Virus record (IMG/VR): IMGVR_UViG_3300030002_000007
Span: 1 to 64,000 of that record
Reading direction: 5' to 3' (one strand)
DNA: 64,000 nucleotides
Origin: a virus
Each line of letters opens with the position of its first letter. Within the stretch, counting starts at the first letter, position 1. Below the pieces are notes generated by a model. The model worked only from the letters and a program-made list of their open reading frames with translations, was not told the origin of the DNA and made no database searches. This document shows, in pieces, positions 19,475 through 28,194 of this stretch. A program made the position numbers and the translations under genes.

Positions 19475-19714
19475 CTAGTCCTTCTTCATGAGATCAACGA
19501 TGGGGAGGTCAACCATAGCACGGACGACTCGGACTTCAGCACCTTCGGACACTTCAACGATCCGGGCAACAACGCCGGAACGAGTCGTGATAACAGCGCC
19601 GTCAGGGCTCGCTACTGCTTCCTGAAACATCGCAGTCAGCCGACTCAGATCCTCTGCCGAGGGGTTCCAGTCAGGCCCACCCGCTTCGATATGCAAAATT
19701 TGACGTAAGCTCAT
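19475..19714 (-). CDS. 79-aa stand-alone homolog of an internal portal segment
   Basis: AAGGAG RBS; 18/45 ungapped identities with portal residues 267-311 (hand count). Confidence 0.75.
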   Translation of the reverse strand: MSLRQILHIEAGGPDWNPSAEDLSRLTAMFQEAVASPDGAVITTRSGVVARIVEVSEGAEVRVVRAMVDLPIVDLMKKD

Positions 19715-19718
19715 TGCT

Positions 19719-20225
19719 CTACTCCTTCTGTGAATTGGTTGAAGTACCGTCGCGGAACAATCCGTGGTCACCTTCGACCACTCGATCCATTTCTTCGTAA
19801 GGGAACACTACCCAGTTGGGAGTGATCAACGCAGTCGACTGTGCAATGTGCGCGAAGTCTCCACCGTCGTACCGAGAGTCGATCACCGCTGGATAGATTT
19901 CGTAATTGAGAGTATCCGGTGCCCACTTCATGTGCGCGTGAATGCACTGAACGGTTCTGCCTGTAGCTATCACGTCTTCGAGATAGACGTAAGTAGCATC
20001 GCGCTCCACAGGCTCCGCGTAGTTCCGCGAGGGATGTAACGACTGACCCGACGCCGGGTAGTAAGTGCCAACAGGCATTGCCAACTTGTAGCCAACCAGC
20101 TGGGCCAAGGTCATGCCGCCGCGTACCACAGCAAACAAGTAGGGGTTGGTGATCCGCGCCTTGATGTCTTCTGCAATGGCATAGGCAATCTTCTGCAGCT
20201 CAGCATACGTCATCTGGTGTTTCAT
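19719..20225 (-). CDS. Type I purine phosphoribosyltransferase (Gpt-like)
   Basis: AVVRGG, YLEDVIATGRT PRPP loop, WVVFPYE. Confidence 0.85.
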   Translation of the reverse strand: MKHQMTYAELQKIAYAIAEDIKARITNPYLFAVVRGGMTLAQLVGYKLAMPVGTYYPASGQSLHPSRNYAEPVERDATYVYLEDVIATGRTVQCIHAHMKWAPDTLNYEIYPAVIDSRYDGGDFAHIAQSTALITPNWVVFPYEEMDRVVEGDHGLFRDGTSTNSQKE

Positions 20226-20227
20226 GT

Positions 20228-21394
20228 TTACTCCTTTACTGGTGAGGGCCAAGGTTTACGATTTCTGAATTTCTGATCTTCGAGTGCCCAATCGATACCA
20301 ATGTGATCTTGGGCGAATGGGTGCCACGCTCTCCGACCTGTCCACGAGGTATCTGGATCACTCCAGAACTCATTCAACGGACTCAAGCCAAGAGGGAGTA
20401 GGAAGAACGCTGTGGCATACAAGCTGCCGGTGCTGATGTAAGAATCTGCGAGGGCTTCATCCACGGACACTAGTCCCGGTGTCAAGAAGCCTTCTGAGAA
20501 CATGTGAGGCAGCATCAACTTCAGCGAGGCAGTCAGCGCACATCGAACTGCTGCGGGCCTTATGCCTGTATTTACAATGTCACCATGGAGGGCGCCGTAG
20601 GCAAGTGCGTAGAAGGCACCGAGCCGATAAACGATTGAACGTCCGATTGCCGGGAAGCTTCCCGTCTCTGAGAACTGGCGCTCTTGGATTTCGAGGAAGC
20701 GCAAATAGCGAGCAACAAACACATCCCCCGTAGCTAAGGCGAAGGCACCCGGTATGGCTTTCATCAAATCTTGGATCGCCGGATGTACCACGATACTGTT
20801 GTAGTAGTTGGAGCTGTACAGTGGGCCATCACCATAGATACCATCTCCAACATAGAAGCCATTGAAGGTGTGGATGGCTCGACGCACTGCACTCGAATAT
20901 TGACTGGCGTACGTAATGTCCGTCTCTTGCACGTACAGGAATGCGGTGACCAATGCCTTCTGCAGAATCCAGTTGTTGTCGTAGACGGGCATCATGTTGA
21001 CAGACTGCAGCCAATGAACGAACGAGTGCCGTCCGTAAGAGTCCATCGCCTTCCAAAGCTTGGGACTCCGAGTGAACGCCTGACACAAGTATCCAGCCTC
21101 AATCACGCTCTGCTGCTCCAGCGCAGGTCCTCCGCTGTTGAACAGCGCGCGGAGGCATTCAACAGCCGAGTCATAGAGCTGATGACGCCTACGCAATTCG
21201 GTCTCAGTACACACTGGCATCGACAAGTCCGCTTGGAACCAAGGAGCAAGACCGCAGGTGGTTCTCGCAATAGCCTCGAGCTCAGAGCTTACAGGATTGC
21301 CAGTATGCAGCTCCGGCATCTTCGCACCAGAGTAGACTGGGGTTGCCAGCTGGACAGCAAAATTCACCCACAGCTTACGTGCTTCATTTCGCAT
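20228..21394 (-). CDS. DUF2264-family protein (GH154-like)
   Basis: LEAIART..GLAPW, NNW, YVGDGIYGDG, YYNS-VVHP, FPAIGRSIVYRLGAF, YISTGSLY, LPLGL...FW. Confidence 0.75.
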   Translation of the reverse strand: MRNEARKLWVNFAVQLATPVYSGAKMPELHTGNPVSSELEAIARTTCGLAPWFQADLSMPVCTETELRRRHQLYDSAVECLRALFNSGGPALEQQSVIEAGYLCQAFTRSPKLWKAMDSYGRHSFVHWLQSVNMMPVYDNNWILQKALVTAFLYVQETDITYASQYSSAVRRAIHTFNGFYVGDGIYGDGPLYSSNYYNSIVVHPAIQDLMKAIPGAFALATGDVFVARYLRFLEIQERQFSETGSFPAIGRSIVYRLGAFYALAYGALHGDIVNTGIRPAAVRCALTASLKLMLPHMFSEGFLTPGLVSVDEALADSYISTGSLYATAFFLLPLGLSPLNEFWSDPDTSWTGRRAWHPFAQDHIGIDWALEDQKFRNRKPWPSPVKE

Positions 21395-22175
21395 AGTGAT
21401 CACCTGTCCATGAACCGCCAATGAACGCATGCTCCATACCCATGTGGATTGCTTCACATCCAGTCACTAGCGTGATCTCGATCTTGTTCTCGTTGAGCAG
21501 CTCTTCAAGGCGAACATCGTAACCGCGAACACCCTTCACTTTGAACTTCTCGAGTATGTCGTCCCATAGCTCTGGAGCCTTCCACAACGCCTTGGGCAAA
21601 CAATAGAGCTGTGTGATCGCCGGGTACTTGTGGTGGTAGGCCACTTGCTCGAAGCGATGGTGCTTTGCCTTGTCCATTTCCATGCCGGGCGTGCGAAGGT
21701 ATGCGAACATCGAAGGAAAGATCTCGGTCGTGTAGTCAGCGTAACCCCGACTATCGTTTGCATCTACCACGCCCAAAGTCGCAACGCGATGAGTCTTAGC
21801 ACGATGGACGCATTGCTTCAGGCGATACCACGCATGTCTAGGAACAAGAAGGTCGTCATCAAGGTTGATGAAGAAGTCAAACTCAATCAGCGGATCGACG
21901 TTGCGCTTAGTGTGGGCAACCGACATATCAGCTGGAACGGCCTTGACGATCAGTGCGTTACCTGTGAACTCAGCGAGCAGCTTAAGGTACGGGAACGGAG
22001 AGCATTCAGGCACTTCCCCGTAATGCTGGATGTTGAAGATAGCACCACTGACTGAAGTCATGACGGCTGCGAGTGTCATCGGCAGCAGGTGGTAACGCGA
22101 CGGGCTTGTTGTTGTGAGGAACAGAAAACCATCTAGTGATGTTTGACTAGAGGTCGTTGCTCTGGGGTGTGACAT
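21384..22175 (-). CDS. GT-A fold glycosyltransferase-like protein
   Basis: FFINLDDD DxD motif after a hydrophobic strand; GYD and C-terminal His (AIHMG). Confidence 0.55.
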   Translation of the reverse strand: MSHPRATTSSQTSLDGFLFLTTTSPSRYHLLPMTLAAVMTSVSGAIFNIQHYGEVPECSPFPYLKLLAEFTGNALIVKAVPADMSVAHTKRNVDPLIEFDFFINLDDDLLVPRHAWYRLKQCVHRAKTHRVATLGVVDANDSRGYADYTTEIFPSMFAYLRTPGMEMDKAKHHRFEQVAYHHKYPAITQLYCLPKALWKAPELWDDILEKFKVKGVRGYDVRLEELLNENKIEITLVTGCEAIHMGMEHAFIGGSWTGDHYAK

Positions 22176-22630
22176 GAATACTCCCTGACAAATGAAAGGA
22201 CTGACTTGCGTAGTACGATAACAGCACTAGGAATATCCTCTACAGACGAGACCTCTAGGAAGGTCGTTGCTTCGACTGGAGAGGGAGGAACAAACAAGAC
22301 TGCAGTGTCAGGATAAGGGCACGGCTGACCGGTGTTCATGTAGACGAGAATGTCCGGCTGCACTATGTGGCGATACTCGACGCACAGGCAGGCGAAGTCC
22401 AAGATGGCCACCGCATTCAGTGAGCCACAGTTGAGCCTCGCCAGTCTTGCCATGCGTACAGCTTGATGCCAACGACCTGTATCGGAGAAGTCCCAGTCGT
22501 CGTACATCGCGTGGATGTCATCTTCATTCAGCCAAGTGGCATTCACGGTGTCGATCAACGCCGCGTGCAGGGCCTTAGCTAGTAGGGACTTGCCCGAATT
22601 AGGCAGTCCCATAACAAGGACCTTAATCAC
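22133..22630 (-). CDS. Adenylylsulfate-kinase-like P-loop kinase
   Basis: VLVMGLPNSGKS, WLNED, DWDFSDTGR, DF-C, FVPP; GTG start at 22630. Confidence 0.7.
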   Translation of the reverse strand: MIKVLVMGLPNSGKSLLAKALHAALIDTVNATWLNEDDIHAMYDDWDFSDTGRWHQAVRMARLARLNCGSLNAVAILDFACLCVEYRHIVQPDILVYMNTGQPCPYPDTAVLFVPPSPVEATTFLEVSSVEDIPSAVIVLRKSVLSFVREYSCHTPEQRPLVKHH

Positions 22631-22632
22631 GA

Positions 22633-23235
22633 CTATTCCTGAACGTAAAGCGAATGGCTCTTCGGAGTCTCCCACCAGTCTACAGACGCCACGCGACACA
22701 GGCGCTGCATCTTCCACGCGACAATATCGAACATCCACTTACTGAGGTTCTCACTCGTCGGCACGAAGTCGACGATGAAGAAGCTTTCCAGATACTCGCG
22801 CATATGGATCGGAAGCTCCGGAGGAAGCATGATGCGACGACCCACGACCATCTGCGAATACATGCCGCCGCTATTCGGAGAGTTGGCAACGTCCGTGCGT
22901 TCGATCTTCCACGGATACAGAATTGCGTCCGGGTGGCCGGGCATATTGAGCAACGACTGCATGAGAGGATCATTAACGTCGATGATGAAGTGGTGATCGA
23001 TGATCTGGTTCAGGAACGTCTTGAGCCATTCGAGGTGACGGAAATCCGTGACCATGCCATTGCGGAGTTCGATGCCACCGAGCAGCGAAGTGAGCGTAAC
23101 GTCTACCTTGCCTTCGTGGCCGTGCAGATGTCGGCAAGCACACAGAAGATCGCTGGCGAACTCAGAGTCAAGAGTCTGACTCCACACGCGGTGACCATAA
23201 CAGAATTCGACGGCCTTCGTTATAAAGTGGGGCAT
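22633..23235 (-). CDS. queD: 6-carboxytetrahydropterin synthase
   Basis: FCYGHRV, CRHLHGH, GMVTDF, DH, PTSENL, WETPKS. Confidence 0.92.
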   Translation of the reverse strand: MPHFITKAVEFCYGHRVWSQTLDSEFASDLLCACRHLHGHEGKVDVTLTSLLGGIELRNGMVTDFRHLEWLKTFLNQIIDHHFIIDVNDPLMQSLLNMPGHPDAILYPWKIERTDVANSPNSGGMYSQMVVGRRIMLPPELPIHMREYLESFFIVDFVPTSENLSKWMFDIVAWKMQRLCRVASVDWWETPKSHSLYVQE

Positions 23236-23237
23236 TG

Positions 23238-23546
23238 CTATTCCTTTCGGGGTGTGATGATTGAAATATCGACCTTGCGGGTATCGGATAGCTTGAAGCT
23301 CATTACTTTGGCACAAGCTACGTTGGAGATCTCGGTAACATCGCCACCGAGCAGTTTGGGGAGGACGGTGATTATGAGCTTCATGTGGTTGCTGTCTTCA
23401 GTCCTAGGCACAGCAACCAGATCAAGATCGTTGTCGCTATAGCCGTTGTTCAACACCCCACCAGCCAAGGCTAGGTAGTAGCCTGCCGCCATGACCTCAG
23501 GTTGCATAACGCGAATTAACCGAAGGGCTTCATCAGTCGTCCACAT
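23238..23546 (-). CDS. Minimal Pol-beta-type nucleotidyltransferase-like protein
   Basis: LAGGVL...SDNDLDLV...VDI; TGATG coupling to the upstream gene. Confidence 0.55.
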   Translation of the reverse strand: MWTTDEALRLIRVMQPEVMAAGYYLALAGGVLNNGYSDNDLDLVAVPRTEDSNHMKLIITVLPKLLGGDVTEISNVACAKVMSFKLSDTRKVDISIITPRKE

Positions 23547-23752
23547 CACAGACCCATCCATTTTGTTACGGCAGAGAATCCCGGAGCCTTTTCCCACAAC
23601 CAGTGTTCAATAGGAAAGCCCAATGTAGTGCCTATCCAGAACGAGGAGTCCATCAACACTGATTTACAGGAATGGTAACAGGAAACCAGAAGCCCAGTGC
23701 GGTCATAGTGATAGTGGCGCTTGCCGGCCTCAGTCTTTGGAAACTTTATCAT
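23546..23752 (-). CDS. Hypothetical protein
   Basis: 68-aa ORF overlapping both neighbours; GAGG RBS. Confidence 0.55.
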   Translation of the reverse strand: MIKFPKTEAGKRHYHYDRTGLLVSCYHSCKSVLMDSSFWIGTTLGFPIEHWLWEKAPGFSAVTKWMGL

Positions 23753-24746
23753 GCGTCATCCTCGCGTATGAAAGCGTTTTGTCGACGAGATCCTGAACGC
23801 GCTTCGGGAGCTTCTTGCCCATAAGGAAGAAGGCAACTGACTCGGCGATCAGCTCATACACCGATTTTGTCGCGTATTCGGAAACGATAGGAGCCAAATC
23901 CTTCTTGTGCAAAGTACGGATAGGCCACAGTGCTTTGATCTCGTCAAGGTCGCCAGACTCGAACAGCATGTCGAGCTCTTTGATCCCTACTGCGTGATCG
24001 GCCTTGATAAGGCGAATGATCTGCCGGTAGGCCAACGCATCTTCTTCCTCGAGATCAGACACGAAGCCTGATGGGAAAGTCTGCCCACCGACCAAGTTGT
24101 CGAGAAGCTTCTGGCTCAATGCTTTCGGCACAGTAGCCAGCTTGATGGACGTATTGAACTCGATCACCCACCTGGCCATCAGCTTGGGATGGTTGGCATA
24201 CAGGCGATTGAGTTGGTGCGCCAGCTCGTGATAGATGACGTAGGGGAATTCGGTCGGCACCATCTTCTCAGGGCGAATGAGGAAGCGATGCGGGTTCTTT
24301 TCTGGCTTGGTGGAATGTTTGTACATCCCTGCATACTTGCCGCCACCCTTGGCACTACGGATTTCCCACACGCCGTCGCCCATGAGAAAATCAAGGCGAT
24401 TCTTCTTCAGGGTCTTCGCTGCAATGTTGAAGGCTGACATGACTGAAGTGCCGACGTCCTTCTTGACGCGATACAGGAACGAGATCTGACCGAAGTCGTC
24501 ATGCTGCTTCGTGACTACGTGATAGGTAATGTCCACGCCGTAGATAGAACCATGCCGAGGCTCTTGCCCAAGGTTGAGCACTATGTCGGCAGGTACAACT
24601 TCGATGGGTGTGCGGCGAACCGTAACGTGATAGTCTTTGGCGAGAAACCCGTGAATGGTTCCTTTCGACAAAGACATGACCTGCATCAGGAACGTCTGCT
24701 TCTGCTGCTCACACAGCAGGTAGTCTTTTACTTGAACTGTACTCAT
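23730..24746 (-). CDS. HExxH zinc-metallopeptidase-like protein
   Basis: IYHELAH and SEYATKSVYELIAES. Confidence 0.55.
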   Translation of the reverse strand: MSTVQVKDYLLCEQQKQTFLMQVMSLSKGTIHGFLAKDYHVTVRRTPIEVVPADIVLNLGQEPRHGSIYGVDITYHVVTKQHDDFGQISFLYRVKKDVGTSVMSAFNIAAKTLKKNRLDFLMGDGVWEIRSAKGGGKYAGMYKHSTKPEKNPHRFLIRPEKMVPTEFPYVIYHELAHQLNRLYANHPKLMARWVIEFNTSIKLATVPKALSQKLLDNLVGGQTFPSGFVSDLEEEDALAYRQIIRLIKADHAVGIKELDMLFESGDLDEIKALWPIRTLHKKDLAPIVSEYATKSVYELIAESVAFFLMGKKLPKRVQDLVDKTLSYARMTHDKVSKD

Positions 24747-24767
24747 GATTAGTGCCCAAAGTAGAGT

Positions 24768-24798
24768 AGGGGTGCCCTCTAGTTACAAGAGCACCCCT
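24768..24798 (-). terminator. Hairpin, possible terminator
   Basis: AGGGGTGC...GCACCCCT stem between genes. Confidence 0.45.
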
Positions 24799-24818
24799 GA
24801 CTTGTGGAGGAAGCGGAA

Positions 24819-25703
24819 TTACGAAACTGCGACGACGGGGGCTGCGGGCGCCACAGCTGCATCCGGACCTGCGACAACTGCAGCGGGGGCGACTGCCGCT
24901 TCAACTGCCACCGGGACGGTACCGAGTTCTTGTTGCAGCTTTTGATCGACAGCTTCAGGCGAATCGGAACCCAAGTGCAGACAGACGACGCTGTGCTTCT
25001 TCGACATCTTCGGGAAGACACCGAGATACGTCGACCAGTTCACCGTGAATGAATCTGTGACGACAAATGACGGGATCACGCCGGACACGCTGTCTGGATC
25101 GAACAGTGACTCGAGGCCTTCGATTGTGACGCCGGCTTGCTCAAGGACTTTGCGGTCGAATTCGATGATGTGGTCGGTAAGGCCTTCGTTGAGCAACGGG
25201 TTCTGTGAATACGCGACGACTGCGGAGTTGAGGGTCAGCGCTGCGAGATGATGAACTGGCAAGGCTTCTTGCGTGAATGACACCAAGGAAGGCTCCAGTA
25301 CTGCTGTCAAGTCAACGCCTTCACGGCCGTCATCGACGACTTCATCATCGGCGTCAGGGGCTTCGTCGGTGATCTCGAGTTCGAGGCCATCGTCTTCAGG
25401 AACTTCTTCTGCATCCGTCTCGCCAGCTTCTTCCATATCGCTGAGATCGCGGTAGGCGAGAAGCTGATCGACCATGCTTTCGACCTCAGGGGCAACATTG
25501 AAGAACGTGCGCTCTTCCATGAACAGATCGAGGGGCTTCGTGAGGACTTGCCCGTCTTCGCTCAGGAACACAGCTTGCGGAGGGAACCGCTCTTGAACCC
25601 GAGGCTTGAGCTCCAAGTTGCTGATGAACAGGAGCGTTGATTTCTTGCCGGCTTCGTTGATCCAGACTGCACCGGGCGTCATGAACGTAATATCGTTGGA
25701 CAT
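24819..25703 (-). CDS. Acidic hypothetical protein with Ala/Val/Pro tail
   Basis: Long ORF, AAGGA upstream, TGTAAAT element upstream. Confidence 0.65.
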   Translation of the reverse strand: MSNDITFMTPGAVWINEAGKKSTLLFISNLELKPRVQERFPPQAVFLSEDGQVLTKPLDLFMEERTFFNVAPEVESMVDQLLAYRDLSDMEEAGETDAEEVPEDDGLELEITDEAPDADDEVVDDGREGVDLTAVLEPSLVSFTQEALPVHHLAALTLNSAVVAYSQNPLLNEGLTDHIIEFDRKVLEQAGVTIEGLESLFDPDSVSGVIPSFVVTDSFTVNWSTYLGVFPKMSKKHSVVCLHLGSDSPEAVDQKLQQELGTVPVAVEAAVAPAAVVAGPDAAVAPAAPVVAVS

Positions 25704-25780
25704 CTTTTTTCTTTCCTTTGCTTTGTTGTAGTTGAACATCACCATGGTTTGCTACATCGAGTATTTACAGTATTGAGTTT

Positions 25781-26086
25781 TCACTTGTCGGCAATCTTCT
25801 TTCCGGCGGCGCCCTTGATCGTGTTGATAAGGACCAGCTTGCCGGAAGCACAGGACTCGTGCGACGTGACCCAAGTGTTAAGGACTTGGATCAACTCGTT
25901 CTCAGTGTAGGGTCGAAGCTCGAGCATTGGCAACGGAGCACAGGGGAGCAACTGCTCAGCGGGGATGTGCACGGACTTCACTGACGCTGCAACGTCCAAG
26001 GTGCCGTCATCCTTGGGAGGATTGGGAGCACATGCCGAAAGGAGAAATGCTAGGCTAAGAACGAGGAACAAAGAAATGCGTTTCAT
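25781..26086 (-). CDS. o-spanin (Rz1-like lipoprotein)
   Basis: Signal peptide with lipobox LSAC, Pro-rich, two further Cys; GGAGG RBS; overlaps the i-spanin end. Confidence 0.75.
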   Translation of the reverse strand: MKRISLFLVLSLAFLLSACAPNPPKDDGTLDVAASVKSVHIPAEQLLPCAPLPMLELRPYTENELIQVLNTWVTSHESCASGKLVLINTIKGAAGKKIADK

Positions 26087-26615
26087 CAGATGCCTCCAGA
26101 AGTTGATTGACAATTTGCGCGTTGATAACTGACAGGCCACAAGCAAGCCCAGTACTTGGATCAGGGGACTGCATAGGTTCTTCACTTGCAGGTGGTGAAC
26201 TTGTACCTGGAACAGTAGAAGGCTTCACAGGAATCTTGACCGGAGGTTTCGACTTTGGATCGCCACCAACAACTTGAGGCTGAGGCTTCAATGCTTCATT
26301 CAGGATCTTGTCGCGGGCCGTTGCCGATGTGTCGCCCTGTACTTTCGTGTTGGACAGTGTATCAGTCATGGCATCCTGCCCACCCTTGGCAGAGGTAACA
26401 TCAGCTACGACCTGAGTGTTGACCTTGAGCTGCAATGCTGTGATCTTTGCATTCAGATCTTTGATCTCTTTCTGATCGGCTGAGGTCTGAAACACCACGC
26501 CGGCTTTGTAGCCACCGGCAGCCCCGATACCCATCAGGACAATGGCGGCTAGAACATAAAACGCGATCTTGACTAACAGGCTGTTACCACCTGTCCCTAC
26601 GTCGAGCAGACTCAT
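26055..26615 (-). CDS. i-spanin (Rz-like)
   Basis: N-terminal TM helix, coiled coil, C-terminal Cys; overlaps the lipoprotein gene. Confidence 0.7.
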   Translation of the reverse strand: MSLLDVGTGGNSLLVKIAFYVLAAIVLMGIGAAGGYKAGVVFQTSADQKEIKDLNAKITALQLKVNTQVVADVTSAKGGQDAMTDTLSNTKVQGDTSATARDKILNEALKPQPQVVGGDPKSKPPVKIPVKPSTVPGTSSPPASEEPMQSPDPSTGLACGLSVINAQIVNQLLEASDETHFFVPRS

Positions 26616-27211
26616 TTCGTTACCCCTTTGTGAAAGAATGTCCTGAGTATTTCGGCTTCGTACGCGGGACTGCTAGAGACTGCCGTGTTTTTGAAATGCG
26701 GGAACTTTTTCTTGAAGTCCATGCAATGCAGCTCAGAGATGTGGGCTTTTCCTGCCTTCGCGTTAGCCTGAAGCTGAAGCTCCGCAGTCAAGCTGTACAC
26801 GTAATAGAACTCAGCACCAACAGCTTCAAGTGCCTGAACCTCGATAGGAAAACGCATGTCGGTCACGATCTGAATGTCGATCCGATCCTGTGGCCTTACG
26901 GCTGCCGCTGCGAGTATCTCCCGGATAATAGGCTTCACCCAAATGGCGGGATCGAACTCCTTCGGCGTCTCCCCGATGAACTCCAAGAAATTTCGAGGGG
27001 TCTTTCCGTCGGGCAAGCCGGGATGGGGAATGTTCTTTAACTCAGGATCGCTGAAGAACTCGATCGGGATTCCGTAGATCAAAGATGCGACCTCACGCAT
27101 CTTGTCGGCAAAGGCCAACCGCTGAGCGTGATAATGCGTGAGGATGTAATTTGCGACTGTGTCCTTGCCTGAGCCCTTAGGGCCACAGAGGGCAATGATA
27201 CGAACGGCCAT
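26612..27211 (-). CDS. Deoxynucleoside monophosphate kinase
   Basis: GPKGSGKDT, LAFAD, TPR, TDMRFP-E. Confidence 0.88.
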   Translation of the reverse strand: MAVRIIALCGPKGSGKDTVANYILTHYHAQRLAFADKMREVASLIYGIPIEFFSDPELKNIPHPGLPDGKTPRNFLEFIGETPKEFDPAIWVKPIIREILAAAAVRPQDRIDIQIVTDMRFPIEVQALEAVGAEFYYVYSLTAELQLQANAKAGKAHISELHCMDFKKKFPHFKNTAVSSSPAYEAEILRTFFHKGVTK

Positions 27212-27223
27212 GATGCCTCCTTC

Positions 27224-28192
27224 TTAACTGATCTTGAGTCGACGTTTCAAATCGTGGATGACTTCCACGGGGCAATTGCCCGGATCCCAATCCTCCTCCC
27301 CTTCCGGCGATTCTGGTATCTTGAATACTTTTGTGTTGAGCATCATGTTGACTGCACCCTTTATCATCTGCGTGGCCTTCTTGCCAGCCGCGTCTGCGTC
27401 AAACACCAGAACTACCGTTTCTACACCTGACAGTTCGAGCATCTTCGTCTTCGTCTCGCTCCACGACTGAGTACCCAAGATGGCAACGGCAGGGATACCG
27501 AACTTCAACAAGCGCAGGGCATCCCGAGGCCCTTCCACTAGCACCATAGTGGTCAAGCCCAACTTCTGCATAAGGGCTATCGCGTAGTCCAAGGGGAACA
27601 GGCCGTACTTGTGTCCCCACTTGCCAGCAGAGTTCAAATACGAGGGTTTGTCTTTCACCTTCTTCATGCGGGCCCGAATGTAACCCCGGAGCCTCTTGCG
27701 AACGACGACGGGCAAGTAGATGAAGTGCTCTGTAGTGTAGTCCGACTCGGAGTAATACACGTTGCACATCTTGCCGCCCAAATCGATAAGCAGACTGGTC
27801 GGAATGTTACGCCACACCTTCTTGGGAGGGATGTCTCCGATAATCTGAAGCTCCCCTTTGCCGTCATCCTCTTCACTGTCCTCGCTCAGGGGTTTGAGGT
27901 TTAGGTCACGAGTGTATTCGTCCTGCGGCTTTGGGGCTTTGAACGGCTGCAGGCCAAGGAGGGGAGCGACTTCATCCCACTTGGCGTGCTTCCCGCAACC
28001 GTAACAACGAAAGTAGCCCGGGGACTTAGATGCGTCGCTGTGCCATATTCGAGCAGAGGGGTCTGTATCAGCGTGATAGGGACATACAACTAGCACGCTG
28101 TCACTGAGCTGCTTCTTTGGACCTGAGTACGCGTTCAACTGACTCCGCACGAACGAGAGTTTAGTCCCGAGCGAAGTAGCATCTATGGCCAT
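27224..28192 (-). CDS. DNA primase (zinc finger + TOPRIM)
   Basis: CPYH...CYGC; LVEGPRD; FDADAAG; WDPG. Confidence 0.88.
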   Translation of the reverse strand: MAIDATSLGTKLSFVRSQLNAYSGPKKQLSDSVLVVCPYHADTDPSARIWHSDASKSPGYFRCYGCGKHAKWDEVAPLLGLQPFKAPKPQDEYTRDLNLKPLSEDSEEDDGKGELQIIGDIPPKKVWRNIPTSLLIDLGGKMCNVYYSESDYTTEHFIYLPVVVRKRLRGYIRARMKKVKDKPSYLNSAGKWGHKYGLFPLDYAIALMQKLGLTTMVLVEGPRDALRLLKFGIPAVAILGTQSWSETKTKMLELSGVETVVLVFDADAAGKKATQMIKGAVNMMLNTKVFKIPESPEGEEDWDPGNCPVEVIHDLKRRLKIS

Positions 28193-28194
28193 GG

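Noticed and set aside
15110-23235. Queuosine tRNA pathway (queF, queA, canonical tgt)
   Set aside because: No QueF or QueA visible; the TGT-like gene is divergent and its context fits DNA modification better.
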